From Candidatus Multivoradales bacterium (lineage in GTDB: Bacteria; Acidobacteriota; Thermoanaerobaculia; Multivoradales; J023), in assembly GCA_965248925.1 (NCBI GenBank), contig CBDFLE010000006.1:2080001-2144000 (forward strand): a stretch of 64,000 bases of DNA. The letters run 5' to 3'. The position numbers were made by a program, and so were the translations under genes. Shown piece by piece: positions 48,069 to 61,200 of this stretch. The notes beneath the pieces were generated by a model, which saw only the letters and a program-made list of their open reading frames with translations, did not search any database and was not told where the DNA came from. How positions within the stretch are numbered: the stretch's first letter is position 1; the number at the start of each line of letters is the position of its first letter.

Positions 48069-48129
48069 TATGACAGCCGTCATAAGGCCAACTTCGTCCT
48101 CGACCTAATCTCCTTCTAGATCAGGAGAT
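48069..48129 (+). promoter_or_regulatory. nar/act operon promoter: CRP/FNR-family box (tATGAC-agcc-GTCATa), -10 TAATCT, and an overlapping inverted repeat ATCTCCT-N8-AGGAGAT (possible Rrf2 operator)
   Basis: Box at 48070-48083; -10 at 48106-48111; inverted repeat at 48108-48129. Confidence 0.65.
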
Positions 48130-48143
48130 AAGGAAGTCAACAA

Positions 48144-48587
48144 TTGTTTTCGATGACGGCAAGCTATGCCATGAGAGCCCTCAGCCACTTGGCGCAAGCC
48201 TACGGGTGCGGACCCTTGCCGGGTCGTGATCTGGCCGAACAGGCCGAGATCCCGGTGAGCTACCTGGCGAAGATCCTGCTGGTGCTCAAGCGAGCCGGGT
48301 TCGTCAAGACCACCCGCGGTACCGGCGGTGGCTATCGCCTCGCCCAGCCGGCGAAGGGAATCTCCCTGATGCAGATAGTCGAGCAATTCGATTCTCAGAG
48401 CGCCTTCAGCGGTTGCCTGCTCTATGGCGGTCGCCCCTGCTCACCAGACTGTCCCTGCTCCGCTCATAAGCGCTGGAGCAAGGTCAAGGATACGTACTTG
48501 AGCTTTCTCGAAACGACCACTCTCGACCAGATCTCGAACCCGGCCAGCCTGCCATCGCAGCCCGGCGCGGCGCATGAGAGCAAGTAG
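48144..48587 (+). CDS. Rrf2 family transcriptional regulator with a Cys-rich (Fe-S) C-terminus
   Basis: 'SYAMRAL', 'YLAKILLVLKRAGFVKTTRGTGGGYRLA', 'CLLYGGRPCSPDCPCSAH'. Confidence 0.9.
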   Translation: MFSMTASYAMRALSHLAQAYGCGPLPGRDLAEQAEIPVSYLAKILLVLKRAGFVKTTRGTGGGYRLAQPAKGISLMQIVEQFDSQSAFSGCLLYGGRPCSPDCPCSAHKRWSKVKDTYLSFLETTTLDQISNPASLPSQPGAAHESK

Positions 48588-48602
48588 TCGAGCCCCAGGA
48601 GG

Positions 48603-49487
48603 ATGTCGATGGTCGGCCATCACGCCAACAGCTTAGAAACCGGGAATAGAGCGGCCCGGTGGCGCTTTCTCGCTTTCGGTCTTGCCGTCGTCTTGGCGGC
48701 TGCAATTCCGGCCCATGTGGCGGCGCAGGAAGCTGCCGAAATCTTCCGCCAGAGCTGCGTCAGCTGCCACACCATCGGCGGTGGGCGGCTGGTGGGTCCC
48801 GACCTGGCTCAGGTCAGCGAGCGTCAGGAGCGCGAGTGGTTGATCGGCTTCATCGTCGACCCCAAGGGAGTGCTCGACAGCGGCGACTCCTACGCCCTGG
48901 AGCTGAAAAGTCAGGCCGGTGGCGCGCTGATGCCGCCGGTCGCCGGTATGACCCGCCAGCGGGCCGAGGCACTGCTCGACCTGATCCTGGCCGAGTCGGC
49001 CCTGCCGGAGTCTGAATTCGCCGGTCTCGACATCGGCGACGAGCCCTTCAGCACGGTCGATATCGAACAAGGCCGGCGCATTTTTCTCGGTGCCAGACAC
49101 TTATCGAACGGTGGCCCGCCCTGCCTCTCATGCCACACCGTGGGCAGCCTCGGAGCCCTCGGCGGCGGCCGCCTCGGTCCCGACCTGACCCGGGTTTACG
49201 AGCGTCTGCAAGGGCGCAAGGGCCTGGCCTCCTGGCTGTTGGCACCAGCCACCGAAGTCATGCGGCCGGTCTATGCCGAGCAGCGCTTAACCAACGAGGA
49301 GATCCTGCCGCTGGTGGCCTTCCTCGAAGACCAGGCGCGCCATGGTAGCGAGGATCCCGGTACTTCCCAAATCACATTCCTGCTGTTGGGCTTGGCTGGC
49401 GCGGCGATCGCTTTGGTCCTCGCCGATGCCATTTGGCGGCGGCGTTTCCGCGGCGTACGCCGGCAATTGGTCCGAGGTGAGCGATGA
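48603..49487 (+). CDS. Membrane-anchored dihaem cytochrome c (NarC-like)
   Basis: Signal peptide; CVSCH and CLSCH, each followed by 'GPDL'; C-terminal TM helix; ATGA overlap with narG. Start site uncertain. Confidence 0.85.
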   Translation: MSMVGHHANSLETGNRAARWRFLAFGLAVVLAAAIPAHVAAQEAAEIFRQSCVSCHTIGGGRLVGPDLAQVSERQEREWLIGFIVDPKGVLDSGDSYALELKSQAGGALMPPVAGMTRQRAEALLDLILAESALPESEFAGLDIGDEPFSTVDIEQGRRIFLGARHLSNGGPPCLSCHTVGSLGALGGGRLGPDLTRVYERLQGRKGLASWLLAPATEVMRPVYAEQRLTNEEILPLVAFLEDQARHGSEDPGTSQITFLLLGLAGAAIALVLADAIWRRRFRGVRRQLVRGER

Positions 49488-52400
49488 AGATAAAGACTAA
49501 CAACCCATGGATCCAAGACGAGGTGGACCCTCAGTCCCGCGGCTGGGAGGAGTTCTACCGCAATCGCTGGCAGCACGACAAAGTGGTGCGTTCCACCCAT
49601 GGCGTCAATTGCACCGGCGGCTGTACCTGGCAGATCTACGTCAAGAACGGCATCGTCACCTGGGAGATGCAGGGGCTCGATTACCCCCTCTTGGAGCCCA
49701 GCCTGCCGCCCTATGAGCCGCGCGGTTGCCAGCGGGGCATCTCTTTCTCCTGGTACCTCTACAGTCCGCTGCGGGTAAAGTATCCCTACGCCCGCGGCGC
49801 CCTGCTCGACCTCTGGCGGGCGGCGCGGCAGCGCCACGAGGACCCGGTGGACGCCTGGAAGAGCTTGGTTTCTGACCCTGAGTCGCGGCGCCGCTACCAG
49901 CAGGCGCGGGGCAAGGGGGGCTTCCGCCGCACCGATTGGGACACGGTGCTCGAGCTGATGGCGGCGGCCAATGTCCACACCATCAAGGAGCATGGACCCG
50001 ATCGGGTGACCGGTTTCTCGCCGATCCCGGCGATGTCGATGATCAGCTACGCCGGTGGCTCGCGCTTCTTGCAGCTGTCGGGTGGCACCTCGCTGTCGTT
50101 CTACGACTGGTACTGCGACCTACCCAACGCCTCGCCTGAAACCTGGGGCGAACAGACCGATGTGCAGGAATCAGCCGATTGGTACAACGCCAAGTTGCTG
50201 GCGGTGATGGGCTCGAACCTCAACATGACCCGCACTCCGGATTGTCACTTCGCCGCCGAGGCGCGGCACAACGGCACCAAGATGTGGGTGTTCTCACCGG
50301 ACTTCTCGCAGGTCGCCAAATTCGCCGATGAATGGGTGTCGATCAACGCCGGCCAGGACGGCGCTTGGTGGATGGCGGTCAATCATGTGCTGCTCAAAGA
50401 GTTCCATCACGAACGCCAAGAAGAGAGCTTCCTCGACTACACCAAGCGCTTCACCGACTCCCCCTACTTGGTGGAACTGAAGGCCGAGAATGGCCCTTCC
50501 GGCAAGATACTGCGGGCTGGCCAGATGCTGCGCGCCAATCGCCTGGCACCCTACAAAGAGGTCGAAAATGGCGACTGGAAGTTCCTCATGTGGGATACGT
50601 CCGGTGAGCCACGGATGCCGATGGGCAGCTCGGGTTTTCGCTGGGGCAAGAAAGGGCAGTGGAATCTCAAGCTCGAAGATGGACTGACCGGCAAACCCAT
50701 CGACCCAGAGCTGAGCTTCCTGGAGCAGCCCGAAGACGTGCTGCAAGTCCGCTTCGATGATTTCGGCCAGGGCGAGAACTTGTTGCGCGGCGTGCCGGTG
50801 CGCTACCTCGAAACCGCCGACGGCGGCAAGGTCGCTGTGACCACCGCCTACGACCTGCTGATGGCCCAATACGGCGTCTCTCGCGGTCTCGAAGGTGCCT
50901 ACCCGGCGGACTACGACGACGACGCTCCCTACACCCCGGCCTGGGCCGAGAAGTACACCGGCATGAGCCGCGCCATGCTGCTGCGCTTCGCCCGTGAGTG
51001 GGGCGAGACGGCGCTCAGGACCGGCGGCAAATGCACCATTATCATCGGCGCCGGCATCAACCACTGGTACCACGCCAACCTGATGTATCGCGCCGGCATC
51101 CACGCCCTGATGCTGTGCGGCTGCATCGGCAAGAACGGTGGCGGTCTGGCACACTATGTTGGCCAGGAAAAGCTGGCCCCCGGCGAGTCCTGGGGCGCGC
51201 TGGCCATGGGCAAGGATTGGTACGGGCCCTCGCGGCTGCAGAACGCGCCGAGCTGGCACTACGTCCACACTGACCAATGGCGCTACGAGAAGTCCTTCAC
51301 CGACTACCACACGGTGCCTGAGGGCAACACCCAGGCAGGCGGCCACACCATGGACCATCAGGTCAGGGCGGTGCGCAACGGCTGGCTGCCCTTCTACCCG
51401 CAATTCAACGTCAACAGCCTCGACCTGGTCAAGCAAGCCGAAGCAGACGGAGCAAAGACCGAGGAAGAGATCTCCCAATGGTTGGTCGGGAAGCTAAAGT
51501 CGGAGGAGATTCGTTTCTCGGTAGAGGATCCCGACGCCCCTGAGAACTGGCCACGGGTTTGGTACATCTGGCGCGGCAATGCGCTGATGGCCAGCGCCAA
51601 GGGGCATGAGTACTTCCTCAAGCACTACCTCGGCACGCACACCAACACCATCGCCGAGGATATGGCCGAAGATTCGGTGACGGAGGTCAAGTGGCGCGAC
51701 GCACCGGAAGGCAAGATGGACCTGGTGGTCGATCTCAACTTCCGCATGGACACCTCGGCCTTGTACTCGGACATCGTCCTGCCAGCGGCCACCTGGTACG
51801 AGAAAGCAGATCTCAACACGACCGACATGCACAGCTTTATCCACCCCCTGTCGAAGGCGGTGCCACCCTGCTGGGAGTCGAAGAGTGACTGGCAGATCTT
51901 CCGCGAGCTGGCCAAGAAGCAGTCCGAGGTCGCGGCGCCGCACTTCCCCGAGCCGGTTAAGGACTTGGTGGCGGTGCCCCTGGCCCACGACTCAGCGGCC
52001 GAGATCGCCCAAACGCATATCGCCGATTGGAAGAGCGGCGAGGTCGAGGCCATTCCGGGTAAGACCATGCCGGCCTTCAAGATCGTCGAGCGCGACTATA
52101 AAAACCTTTACAAGCAATTCTGTGCTTTCGGTCCGCTACCGCGCAAGGGCGGCCTCGGTGCCCACGGCACCCATTACCCGATCAAGGACTTCTACGACGA
52201 ACTGGCCGCCCGGCAGCCCTGCCGCGAATGGCCCGAGGAAAACTACCCGTCGATCAAGGAGGACGAAGAGGTCTGCAACCTGATCCTGCAATTGGCCTCG
52301 GTCACCAATGGTGAGCTGGCCTACCGCTCCTACCGCGACATGGAGGAGAAGACCGGTCTGCCGCTGGTCCACCTGGCAGAGAAGAACCGTGGCACCAGGG

Positions 52401-53119
52401 TGACCTACAAGGATTTGCAGAGCCGGGTTCAAAGGCTGATCAACAGCCCCATGTGGTCCGGGCTGACCGAGAATGGCCGCGCCTACTCTCCATTCACTTA
52501 CAACGTCGAGAACCTGGTGCCATGGCGCACCCTCACCGGACGTCAGCACTTCTATCTCGACCACGAGCTCTACCTTGAGTTTGGCGAGCACCTGCCGACC
52601 TACAAGCCGAAACCACTGCCCGCGCAATACGCCGACCTGACCTTCACCGAGGAGGAGCAGGCGTCGATGATGCTCAACTACTTGACCCCGCACGGCAAAT
52701 GGCACATCCACTCGACTTACGGTGACAATCAACGGATGACCACGTTGTCGCGCGGCTGCGAGCCCCTGTGGCTCAATCATCAGGATGCCGCTCGGTTGCA
52801 GATCGAAGATAACGATTGGGTGGAGGTCTACAACGATCACGGCGTGGTGGTCACCCGCGCGGTGGTCTCGGCACGGATCCCGCCGGGCATCTGCATTCAA
52901 TATCATTCACCGGAACGCACCCTCGGGGTGCCCAAGTCACCGCTGCGCGGCAACCGCCGTGCCGGTGGCCACAACAGCCTCACCCGGACGCGCCTGAAGC
53001 CCAACCTGATGGCTGGCGGCTATGGCCAGTTCACGTTCCATTTCAACTATTGGGGTCCCACCGGCTGCAATAGAGACACCCACATCTTGGTACGCAAGCT
53101 GCCTGAGCTGAACTGGTAA
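49484..53119 (+). CDS. narG: Respiratory nitrate reductase alpha subunit
   Basis: '[27 protein letters not shown]', 'EPRGCQRG', '[10 protein letters not shown]', '[12 protein letters not shown]'; no Tat signal. Confidence 0.95.
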   Translation: MKIKTNNPWIQDEVDPQSRGWEEFYRNRWQHDKVVRSTHGVNCTGGCTWQIYVKNGIVTWEMQGLDYPLLEPSLPPYEPRGCQRGISFSWYLYSPLRVKYPYARGALLDLWRAARQRHEDPVDAWKSLVSDPESRRRYQQARGKGGFRRTDWDTVLELMAAANVHTIKEHGPDRVTGFSPIPAMSMISYAGGSRFLQLSGGTSLSFYDWYCDLPNASPETWGEQTDVQESADWYNAKLLAVMGSNLNMTRTPDCHFAAEARHNGTKMWVFSPDFSQVAKFADEWVSINAGQDGAWWMAVNHVLLKEFHHERQEESFLDYTKRFTDSPYLVELKAENGPSGKILRAGQMLRANRLAPYKEVENGDWKFLMWDTSGEPRMPMGSSGFRWGKKGQWNLKLEDGLTGKPIDPELSFLEQPEDVLQVRFDDFGQGENLLRGVPVRYLETADGGKVAVTTAYDLLMAQYGVSRGLEGAYPADYDDDAPYTPAWAEKYTGMSRAMLLRFAREWGETALRTGGKCTIIIGAGINHWYHANLMYRAGIHALMLCGCIGKNGGGLAHYVGQEKLAPGESWGALAMGKDWYGPSRLQNAPSWHYVHTDQWRYEKSFTDYHTVPEGNTQAGGHTMDHQVRAVRNGWLPFYPQFNVNSLDLVKQAEADGAKTEEEISQWLVGKLKSEEIRFSVEDPDAPENWPRVWYIWRGNALMASAKGHEYFLKHYLGTHTNTIAEDMAEDSVTEVKWRDAPEGKMDLVVDLNFRMDTSALYSDIVLPAATWYEKADLNTTDMHSFIHPLSKAVPPCWESKSDWQIFRELAKKQSEVAAPHFPEPVKDLVAVPLAHDSAAEIAQTHIADWKSGEVEAIPGKTMPAFKIVERDYKNLYKQFCAFGPLPRKGGLGAHGTHYPIKDFYDELAARQPCREWPEENYPSIKEDEEVCNLILQLASVTNGELAYRSYRDMEEKTGLPLVHLAEKNRGTRVTYKDLQSRVQRLINSPMWSGLTENGRAYSPFTYNVENLVPWRTLTGRQHFYLDHELYLEFGEHLPTYKPKPLPAQYADLTFTEEEQASMMLNYLTPHGKWHIHSTYGDNQRMTTLSRGCEPLWLNHQDAARLQIEDNDWVEVYNDHGVVVTRAVVSARIPPGICIQYHSPERTLGVPKSPLRGNRRAGGHNSLTRTRLKPNLMAGGYGQFTFHFNYWGPTGCNRDTHILVRKLPELNW

Positions 53120-53139
53120 AGAGCGCGGAGGAAGTAAAG

Positions 53140-54626
<1,487 letters not shown>

Positions 54627-54630
<4 letters not shown>

Positions 54631-55295
54631 ATCACCGCGAGCTGAATACCACCGGCTGGCAAGGGCTCAACACTCTCGGCCGGCTATTGATCTATCCCGT
54701 GGGCGACTTTACCGAGCGAACCGCCAAATGCCGGCAACAGTTGGCATGCCAGGGCGAGAGCAAGGTGCTAGAGCTGCTCGCGCCGGCCCTCGAGGCGCTT
54801 GAGCAGTTCTCGCTGCACGAACACGAAGAGCTCTACACCCAGACCTTTGACCTCAACCCGGTATGTACGCTGGAGGTCGGCTGGCACCTCTACGGCGAGC
54901 AGTACGAGCGCGGCCGCTTCCTGGTCCGCGCTCGCGAGTTGCTCACCGCTGTCGGTCAGGACGAAGGCGGCGAGTTGCCCGACTTCCTACCCTCACTACT
55001 TGGCGCGCTACCTCGCCAAGGGGAGAGTGAGGCGATCGACCTGGCCGCCTACCTGGTGCCGGCAGTGAGGAAAATGTGTGAAGCACTGACCGACAAAGAT
55101 CCTGAAAACCCCTACAACACCATTCTCCTCGCCGTCCTCCAAGGGCTCGAAACACGGGTGCCCGGCGACGCGGTAGAGAAAGTCGAGGACCGCTATCGGC
55201 CGCATTTGCGCGCACGGAAGCAGGATCTCGTACAGCTAGGCTCTTTTGCTCAAGGCTCCGCCAACGGGTGCTCTGCCAACCGGGGACCGCAATGA
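54627..55295 (+). CDS. narJ: Nitrate reductase molybdenum cofactor assembly chaperone
   Basis: 'ELYTQTFDL', 'GEQYERGRFL', 'GELPDFLP'; lies between narH and narI. Confidence 0.88.
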
Positions 55296-55999
55296 GCTGG
55301 ACTAGCCAAATGGATACTTTCTGCTTCGCCATCCTGCCCTACCTGGCACTGGCGCTTTTCTTTGGCGGCACCATCTTCCGCTACCGGACGCAGGCGTTTT
55401 CGTATTCGAGCCTGTCGTCGCAGTTTCTTGAGAATCGCCATCACTTCTGGGCGATGGTGCCCTTTCACTACGGCATTCTCACCGTGTTGATCGGCCACAT
55501 CGTCGCTTTCCTGATCCCGCGGCAGATCTTGCTGTGGAATGCCAAACCGCTACGGCTCTACATCCTGGAGGTCTCGGCGCTAGTCTGTGGCCTGTTGTCG
55601 GTCGTCGGCCTGCTAGCCATCGTCCAGCGGCGGCTGAGTGCCAAGAAGGTGCGGATCATCACCACCCCGGCCGACTGGATGCTCTATCTGCTACTGGCGA
55701 TGCAGCTGGCCTCCGGGGTCTACGTCGCCCTCTTCTATCCCTGGGGCTCCTCATGGTTCGCCGCCTCGGCAGCGCCCTACCTGTGGTCGGTGGTGCGATT
55801 GCAACCCGACATCAGCTATCTGGTGGCCATGCCTTGGGCGGTCAAGCTACACATCATCAACGCTTTCGTAGTAGTCGGATTCTTCCCCTTCACCCGCCTG
55901 GTGCATGTGCTGGTAGTACCCAATCCCTATCTGTGGCGTAAACGCCAAGTGGTGCGGTGGAATGCTGATCCGCGAGCGCTGGCGAGGAAAAGAGGATGA
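55292..55999 (+). CDS. narI: Respiratory nitrate reductase gamma subunit (cytochrome b)
   Basis: 'SSLSSQFLE', 'FHYGIL...GH', 'KLHI...FPFTRLVH'; ATGA overlaps at both ends. Confidence 0.93.
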   Translation: MSWTSQMDTFCFAILPYLALALFFGGTIFRYRTQAFSYSSLSSQFLENRHHFWAMVPFHYGILTVLIGHIVAFLIPRQILLWNAKPLRLYILEVSALVCGLLSVVGLLAIVQRRLSAKKVRIITTPADWMLYLLLAMQLASGVYVALFYPWGSSWFAASAAPYLWSVVRLQPDISYLVAMPWAVKLHIINAFVVVGFFPFTRLVHVLVVPNPYLWRKRQVVRWNADPRALARKRG

Positions 56000-57522
56000 G
56001 CGAGAACAAGGGCGCAATCAGAGTGCTGATCCTCAACACTCTGGCCTTCACGGTCTGCTTCGCTTGTTGGATGACCAACGGCGTGCTGATCACATTCTTG
56101 ATCGAGAACGGCATGTTCAGCTGGAGCCAATCGCAGATTGGCTGGCTGATCGGTATCCCGGTCCTGACCGGCGCCATCACCCGGTTGCCGGTGGGCATCC
56201 TGACCGACAAATACGGCGGGCGCATCGTCTACACCGTGCTGATGCTGGTGGCAGCAGTGCCGATGTACTTGCTGAGCGAGGCTTCCACCTACGGCCACTT
56301 TGTCGCCGCCAGTCTCGGCTTTGGCCTCACCGGTGCTTCCTTTGCCGTCGGCATCGCCTACACCTCGGTGTGGTTCTCGAGGGAACGCCAAGGCACTGCG
56401 CTGGGTATCTTCGGCGCTGGCAACGCCGGTGCCGCCTTGACCAGCATGGGAGCTCCTTTCCTGCTCCGCCGGCTGACCGCGGACGGCGAAAATATCGACG
56501 GCTGGCGCACCATGCCGAAGCTCTACGCCGGCGCCTTGGTAATCACCGCGATTATTTTCTTCCTGCTAACCGTGTCGAAGAAAGTTGACGACAGCCACAT
56601 CACCAGCTTCAGCCAGCGGCTGGCACCGCTCAAGCACCTGCGGGTGTGGCGCTTTGGTCTCTATTACTTTCTAGTCTTCGGTGGCTTCGTCGCTTTGGCC
56701 CAGTGGCTGATCCCCTACTACGTCAACGTCTACCTGATGCCGGTCACCGTAGCTGGCCTGATGGCCGCGATCTTCACTCTGCCCTCGGGCGTGATCCGCG
56801 CCTTGGGGGGCTGGATGTCCGACCACTGGGGTGGCCGAGTGGTGATGTTCTGGGTGCTCGGCATCTGTCTCGGCGCTTTCCTGCTGCTCAATGTGCCACG
56901 GATGGACATCGAGTCACCGGGCAAAGGGGTGATGGCTCGCAGTAGCGGGGTGGTGACCAGCGTCACCACTGAGGAGATCGTCGTCGATGACAAGTCTTAT
57001 GCCATGCGGGCGATGCCCGAGGGCTGGATCGATCAGCGTGATAGCGGCGTGGCGGTCCTACCCACCGCCGCATTCTGGCAAGAGCCGGTGGTCGAACTAG
57101 GTGAGATGGTCAACAAGAAACAGCTGTTGGCCAAGGGGGTCACCCACATTTTTTTCCAGGCCAATGTGTGGATCTTCACCGGCCTTGTGTTCATCGTCGG
57201 CATCATGATGGGGATCGGCAAGGCCGCGGTCTACCGGCTGATTCCGGACTACTTCCCTAACGATGTCGGAGTGGTGGGAGGCATCGTCGGGGTGATGGGG
57301 GGCCTGGGGGGCTTCGTCTGCCCGATCCTTTTCGGCTACATGCTGCAGTGGACCGGCATCTGGACTACTTGCTGGATCTTCTTCACCGTTCTTGCCACCA
57401 TCTGCTTCTTCTGGATGCAGTGGGTGGTACGAGAGATCCTGCGCGACCAGGCACCAACTCTGCACCGTGAGATCGAACATCCCGACGCCCGCGACCAAGA
57501 TTACGGTTGGCAGAGGGGCTAG
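55996..57522 (+). CDS. narK: NarK/NasA family nitrate/nitrite MFS transporter
   Basis: 'GILTDKYGGR', 'QGTALGIFGAGNAG', 'YFLVFGGFVA', 'GIVGVMGGLGGF'. Confidence 0.92.
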   Translation: MSENKGAIRVLILNTLAFTVCFACWMTNGVLITFLIENGMFSWSQSQIGWLIGIPVLTGAITRLPVGILTDKYGGRIVYTVLMLVAAVPMYLLSEASTYGHFVAASLGFGLTGASFAVGIAYTSVWFSRERQGTALGIFGAGNAGAALTSMGAPFLLRRLTADGENIDGWRTMPKLYAGALVITAIIFFLLTVSKKVDDSHITSFSQRLAPLKHLRVWRFGLYYFLVFGGFVALAQWLIPYYVNVYLMPVTVAGLMAAIFTLPSGVIRALGGWMSDHWGGRVVMFWVLGICLGAFLLLNVPRMDIESPGKGVMARSSGVVTSVTTEEIVVDDKSYAMRAMPEGWIDQRDSGVAVLPTAAFWQEPVVELGEMVNKKQLLAKGVTHIFFQANVWIFTGLVFIVGIMMGIGKAAVYRLIPDYFPNDVGVVGGIVGVMGGLGGFVCPILFGYMLQWTGIWTTCWIFFTVLATICFFWMQWVVREILRDQAPTLHREIEHPDARDQDYGWQRG

Positions 57523-57530
57523 GAGAGGTC

Positions 57531-58184
57531 ATGGGTCACCGCATCACCACTCTCTTGTTGCTGGTCGGCGTCGCCTTGGCCGGTCTCACTTTGGTGCCCC
57601 GGTTAGGCGGCTTGCGCCTGCCCGGCAATCATCAAGGATTCGAGCCAGTGCAGCCGATCGCCTACTCCCACCGGCTGCACGCCGGGGAACTGTCGATCGA
57701 CTGCACCTACTGCCACTCCGGGGCAGAGCGCAGCCGTCACGCCGGCATCCCGCCGGCCGACACTTGCATGAACTGCCACCGCCTGGTCACTTCCTCGCGC
57801 AGTGCCGTGCGGGCAGAGGAAACACTGGCCGAAAAGGAGGGCCGTCAGCCCAATCGGGTCATCAGCCCCGAGCTGGCCAAGCTCTACACCGCCCTTGGCT
57901 TGGGCGAGGACCTGGAGCCGCGATCGGACCTCGAACCGCGGCCGATCGAGTGGCAGCGAATCCACCAGCTGCCCGATTTCGCCATCTTCGACCATCGCCC
58001 GCACCTGGCCGCCAACCTAGAGTGCCAGAGCTGCCACGGGCCGATCGAGGCCATGGAGCGGGTGCGCCAGGTCGAGAGCCTGTCGATGGGTTGGTGCCTC
58101 GATTGCCACCGCGACCCCACCGCCACCGGCCTCGGCGCCAAGGTCGAGGCGGCGTCGGTCGATTGCGTGACTTGTCACTACTAG
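57531..58184 (+). CDS. actA: Alternative complex III pentahaem cytochrome c subunit
   Basis: 'PVQPIAYSHRLHAG'; five CxxCH motifs (CTYCH, CMNCH, CQSCH, CLDCH, CVTCH); AGGAG RBS. Confidence 0.85.
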   Translation: MGHRITTLLLLVGVALAGLTLVPRLGGLRLPGNHQGFEPVQPIAYSHRLHAGELSIDCTYCHSGAERSRHAGIPPADTCMNCHRLVTSSRSAVRAEETLAEKEGRQPNRVISPELAKLYTALGLGEDLEPRSDLEPRPIEWQRIHQLPDFAIFDHRPHLAANLECQSCHGPIEAMERVRQVESLSMGWCLDCHRDPTATGLGAKVEAASVDCVTCHY

Positions 58185-58220
58185 CGCCCATGACTCGTGA
58201 AGGAACGTGAAGGATACGAT

Positions 58221-61200
58221 ATGTCGCACCGAGATCCATCCACCCCAAGCAGCTGGCAAAACCTGGATGAGCTGCGCCCTGAGTCGCTGGCGGTCGACCC
58301 TGCCGAGCGCCCCAAGGCGGCGGCCCTGGCGGTCGACCGGCGTGATTTTCTCAAGGCCAGCGGCTTCTCGCTGGCGATGAGTCTGGCCGCCGGCTGTCAG
58401 CGGACGCCGGTCGAGAAGGCGATCCCTTTCCTGGTCCAACCCGAGGAAGTCGTTCCCGGGCGGCCACTGTTCTATGCTTCGACCTGCGCCGGCTGTACTG
58501 CTGGTTGTGGGGTGTTGGTGAAATGCCGCGACGGGCGACCGATCAAGATCGAAGGAAATGCCGAACATCCGCTATCCAAGGGCGGCCTGTGCGCCGTCGG
58601 CCAGGCCGCGCCGCTCGGCCTCTACGATGCTCATCGCCTCAGCGGCCCACTTAAAGGCGGAGCGCCAGCAGACTGGGACGAGGTCGACCGGCAAATCAGT
58701 CAACAGCTCGATCGCCTGGCGGCGACCGGTGGCAGAGTCCGCCTGCTGACCGAGACCCTCAACGGTCCTACCGAACAGGGGGCGACCGACCGCTTTCTGA
58801 GTCGCTTCGCCGATGCCGAACATGTGGTCTACGACCCGCTGTCGCGGTCGGCGATCGCCCAGGCCCACCGCTACTCTGACGGCAAGGCGCTGTTACCGCG
58901 ATATCGGTTTGATCGGGCTGAGGTGATCGTCAGCTTCGCCGCAGACTTCCTTGGCACCTGGATCTCACCGGTGGAGCACACCGCCGGCTACCGTTCTGGA
59001 CGCGATCTGCAAGGCAAGCCACCACGGCTCTCCCATCATGTGCAGATCGAAGGCCGTCTGTCGCTGACCGGCAGCAACGCTGACCGGCGCATGGTCAAAT
59101 CACCGGCGGAGATCAGCGCCCTGTTGCAAGCGCTCGCCACGGCGGTCGAGCAGCATTCTGGAGGAGGCCATGGCACGCGCGACAGTCACAGCAGCGGCGC
59201 AGGTCATGCTGAGCTGGCCAGCGAGCTGGCGGACCGCCTTTGGCAGGCAGCTGGAAAGTCATTGGTGGTCTGTGGCAGTCAGCACCTGGCCGACCAGGTG
59301 GCAACGCGACGGATCAACCAGCTGCTGGGCAACTACGGCTCGACCCTCGATATCGAACAGCCTTCGCGGCAAAAGCTGGGCGACGACCTACGGCTCACCG
59401 AACTGATCCGAGATCTCACCGTTGGCGCCATTGACGCTCTGCTGATCCGCGGTGTCAACCCGGTCTACGATTTGGCTGGCGACCCACGGCTGGCCACTGC
59501 CATCGCCGAGGTGCCGCTGGTGGTGTCGTTCGCCACCCACCGCGACGAGACCGCCCGCCTGGCGGCCTTCGTCTGTCCCGAACTTCACCCGCTTGAAAGC
59601 TGGCGCGACGCCGAGCCGGTAGCTGGCTTGGTGAGTGTCACCCAACCCACGATCCGGCCCTTGGGAGAAAGTCGCGATTTCATCGCCAGCCTGGCCCGGT
59701 GGACAGGCGAACCGGCCACCGCCCGCGAACAGATGCGCCGCACCTGGCAGCAGCAGATCTTCCCGCGGCGGCGGGCTGAGGCGGCGAGTGATTTTGAACG
59801 CTTCTGGGATCAATCAGTTCACGATGGTTTCGTCAAACTCGAGGCGGCGCTCGCGCCGACCGCCGTGGCCGAGCTGGTAGCGAACCCGGAGCTTGCCAGC
59901 AGCCCGCTAGCCCCCAGCTCGACCGAGGCCGGTGTCTTCACCTTGCTGCTTTACCCCAAGGTGGCGCTGTTGGATGGCCGCCACGCTGAGAATCCCTTCC
60001 TGCAAGAGCTGCCCGACCCGATCACCAAGGTGGTATGGGACAACTACGCCAGTCTGTCTCCCCGTGCCGCCGACGAGCTGGGGGTTGCCCAAGGCGATGT
60101 GGTGCGGCTGCGAGCCGAGGACGAGAACGGAGACGAGGCGGCGGAATTGGAGCTGCCGGTGTTGGTGCAGCCGGGGCAGCACGACCGGGTGGTGGCGGTG
60201 GCCCTGGGCTACGGCCGGGTCGGCACCGAGCGCTTTTCCGACGTGGGCCCGCGCTGGCTAGAGGGCCGGCCGACGGTAGCCCCCGGCGAGCAGGTCGGCG
60301 GCAATGCCGCCACCCTGGCGACCCCCACCATGGGTCAGCGCCTGAGCCACCGCGAGGGGGTTCGCCTGGAGTCCACCGGCGGTCGTCATCCGCTGGCCTC
60401 TACCCAGAGCTACCACTCGCTGGACATGCCGAGCGGCCTCGAACCGGCCTCCGGGGAACCACGGCCAATCGTCCAAGAGACCGTGCTGGCGGCCTACCAG
60501 GCCGACCCCGGCGCCGGTGCCCCCCACGCTCACCACATCGAAGGCGATCTGTGGCCCGAGCACGAGTACGAGGGTCACCACTGGGGCATGGCGATCGACC
60601 TCAACGCCTGCACTGGCTGCTCGGCCTGCACCCTCGCCTGCCAGTTGGAAAACAACGTGCCGGTGGTGGGTAAGGACGAGGTGGCCCGGCGCCGCGACAT
60701 GCATTGGCTGCGGCTCGACCGCTACTACCGCGGCGATCCCGAGGCGAGTGAATCGCTCAACATCGTCCATCAGCCGATGCTCTGCCATCACTGCGACAAC
60801 GCCCCCTGCGAGACGGTCTGTCCGGTGCTGGCCACGGTACACAGCTCAGAGGGGCTCAACCAGCAGGTCTACAACCGCTGTGTCGGCACCCGCTACTGCG
60901 CCAACAACTGTCCCTACAAAGTGCGGCGCTTCAATTGGTTCAATTATCCGCATACCGACTTGATGCAGAACCTGGCTCTCAATCCCGATGTGGTGGTGCG
61001 CTCGCGCGGGGTGATGGAGAAGTGCTCCTTCTGCGTGCAACGCATCCAGGCGGCCAAGCAGGAAGCCAAACAGCAGCGCCGTGAGCTGCTCGATGGCGAT
61101 ATCCAGCCGGCCTGTCAGCAGAGCTGCCCGGCGCAAGCCATTACTTTTGGCGATCTCGCCGACCCGCAGAGCCAGGTGGCTCAGCAGGTGGCGGATCCGC

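Noticed and set aside
49484-53119. Periplasmic nitrite oxidoreductase (NxrA) or periplasm-facing Nar
   Set aside because: There is no Tat signal, and narJ, narI and narK are present, which fits a cytoplasm-facing respiratory nitrate reductase. A phylogeny would be needed to exclude a cytoplasmic NXR formally.
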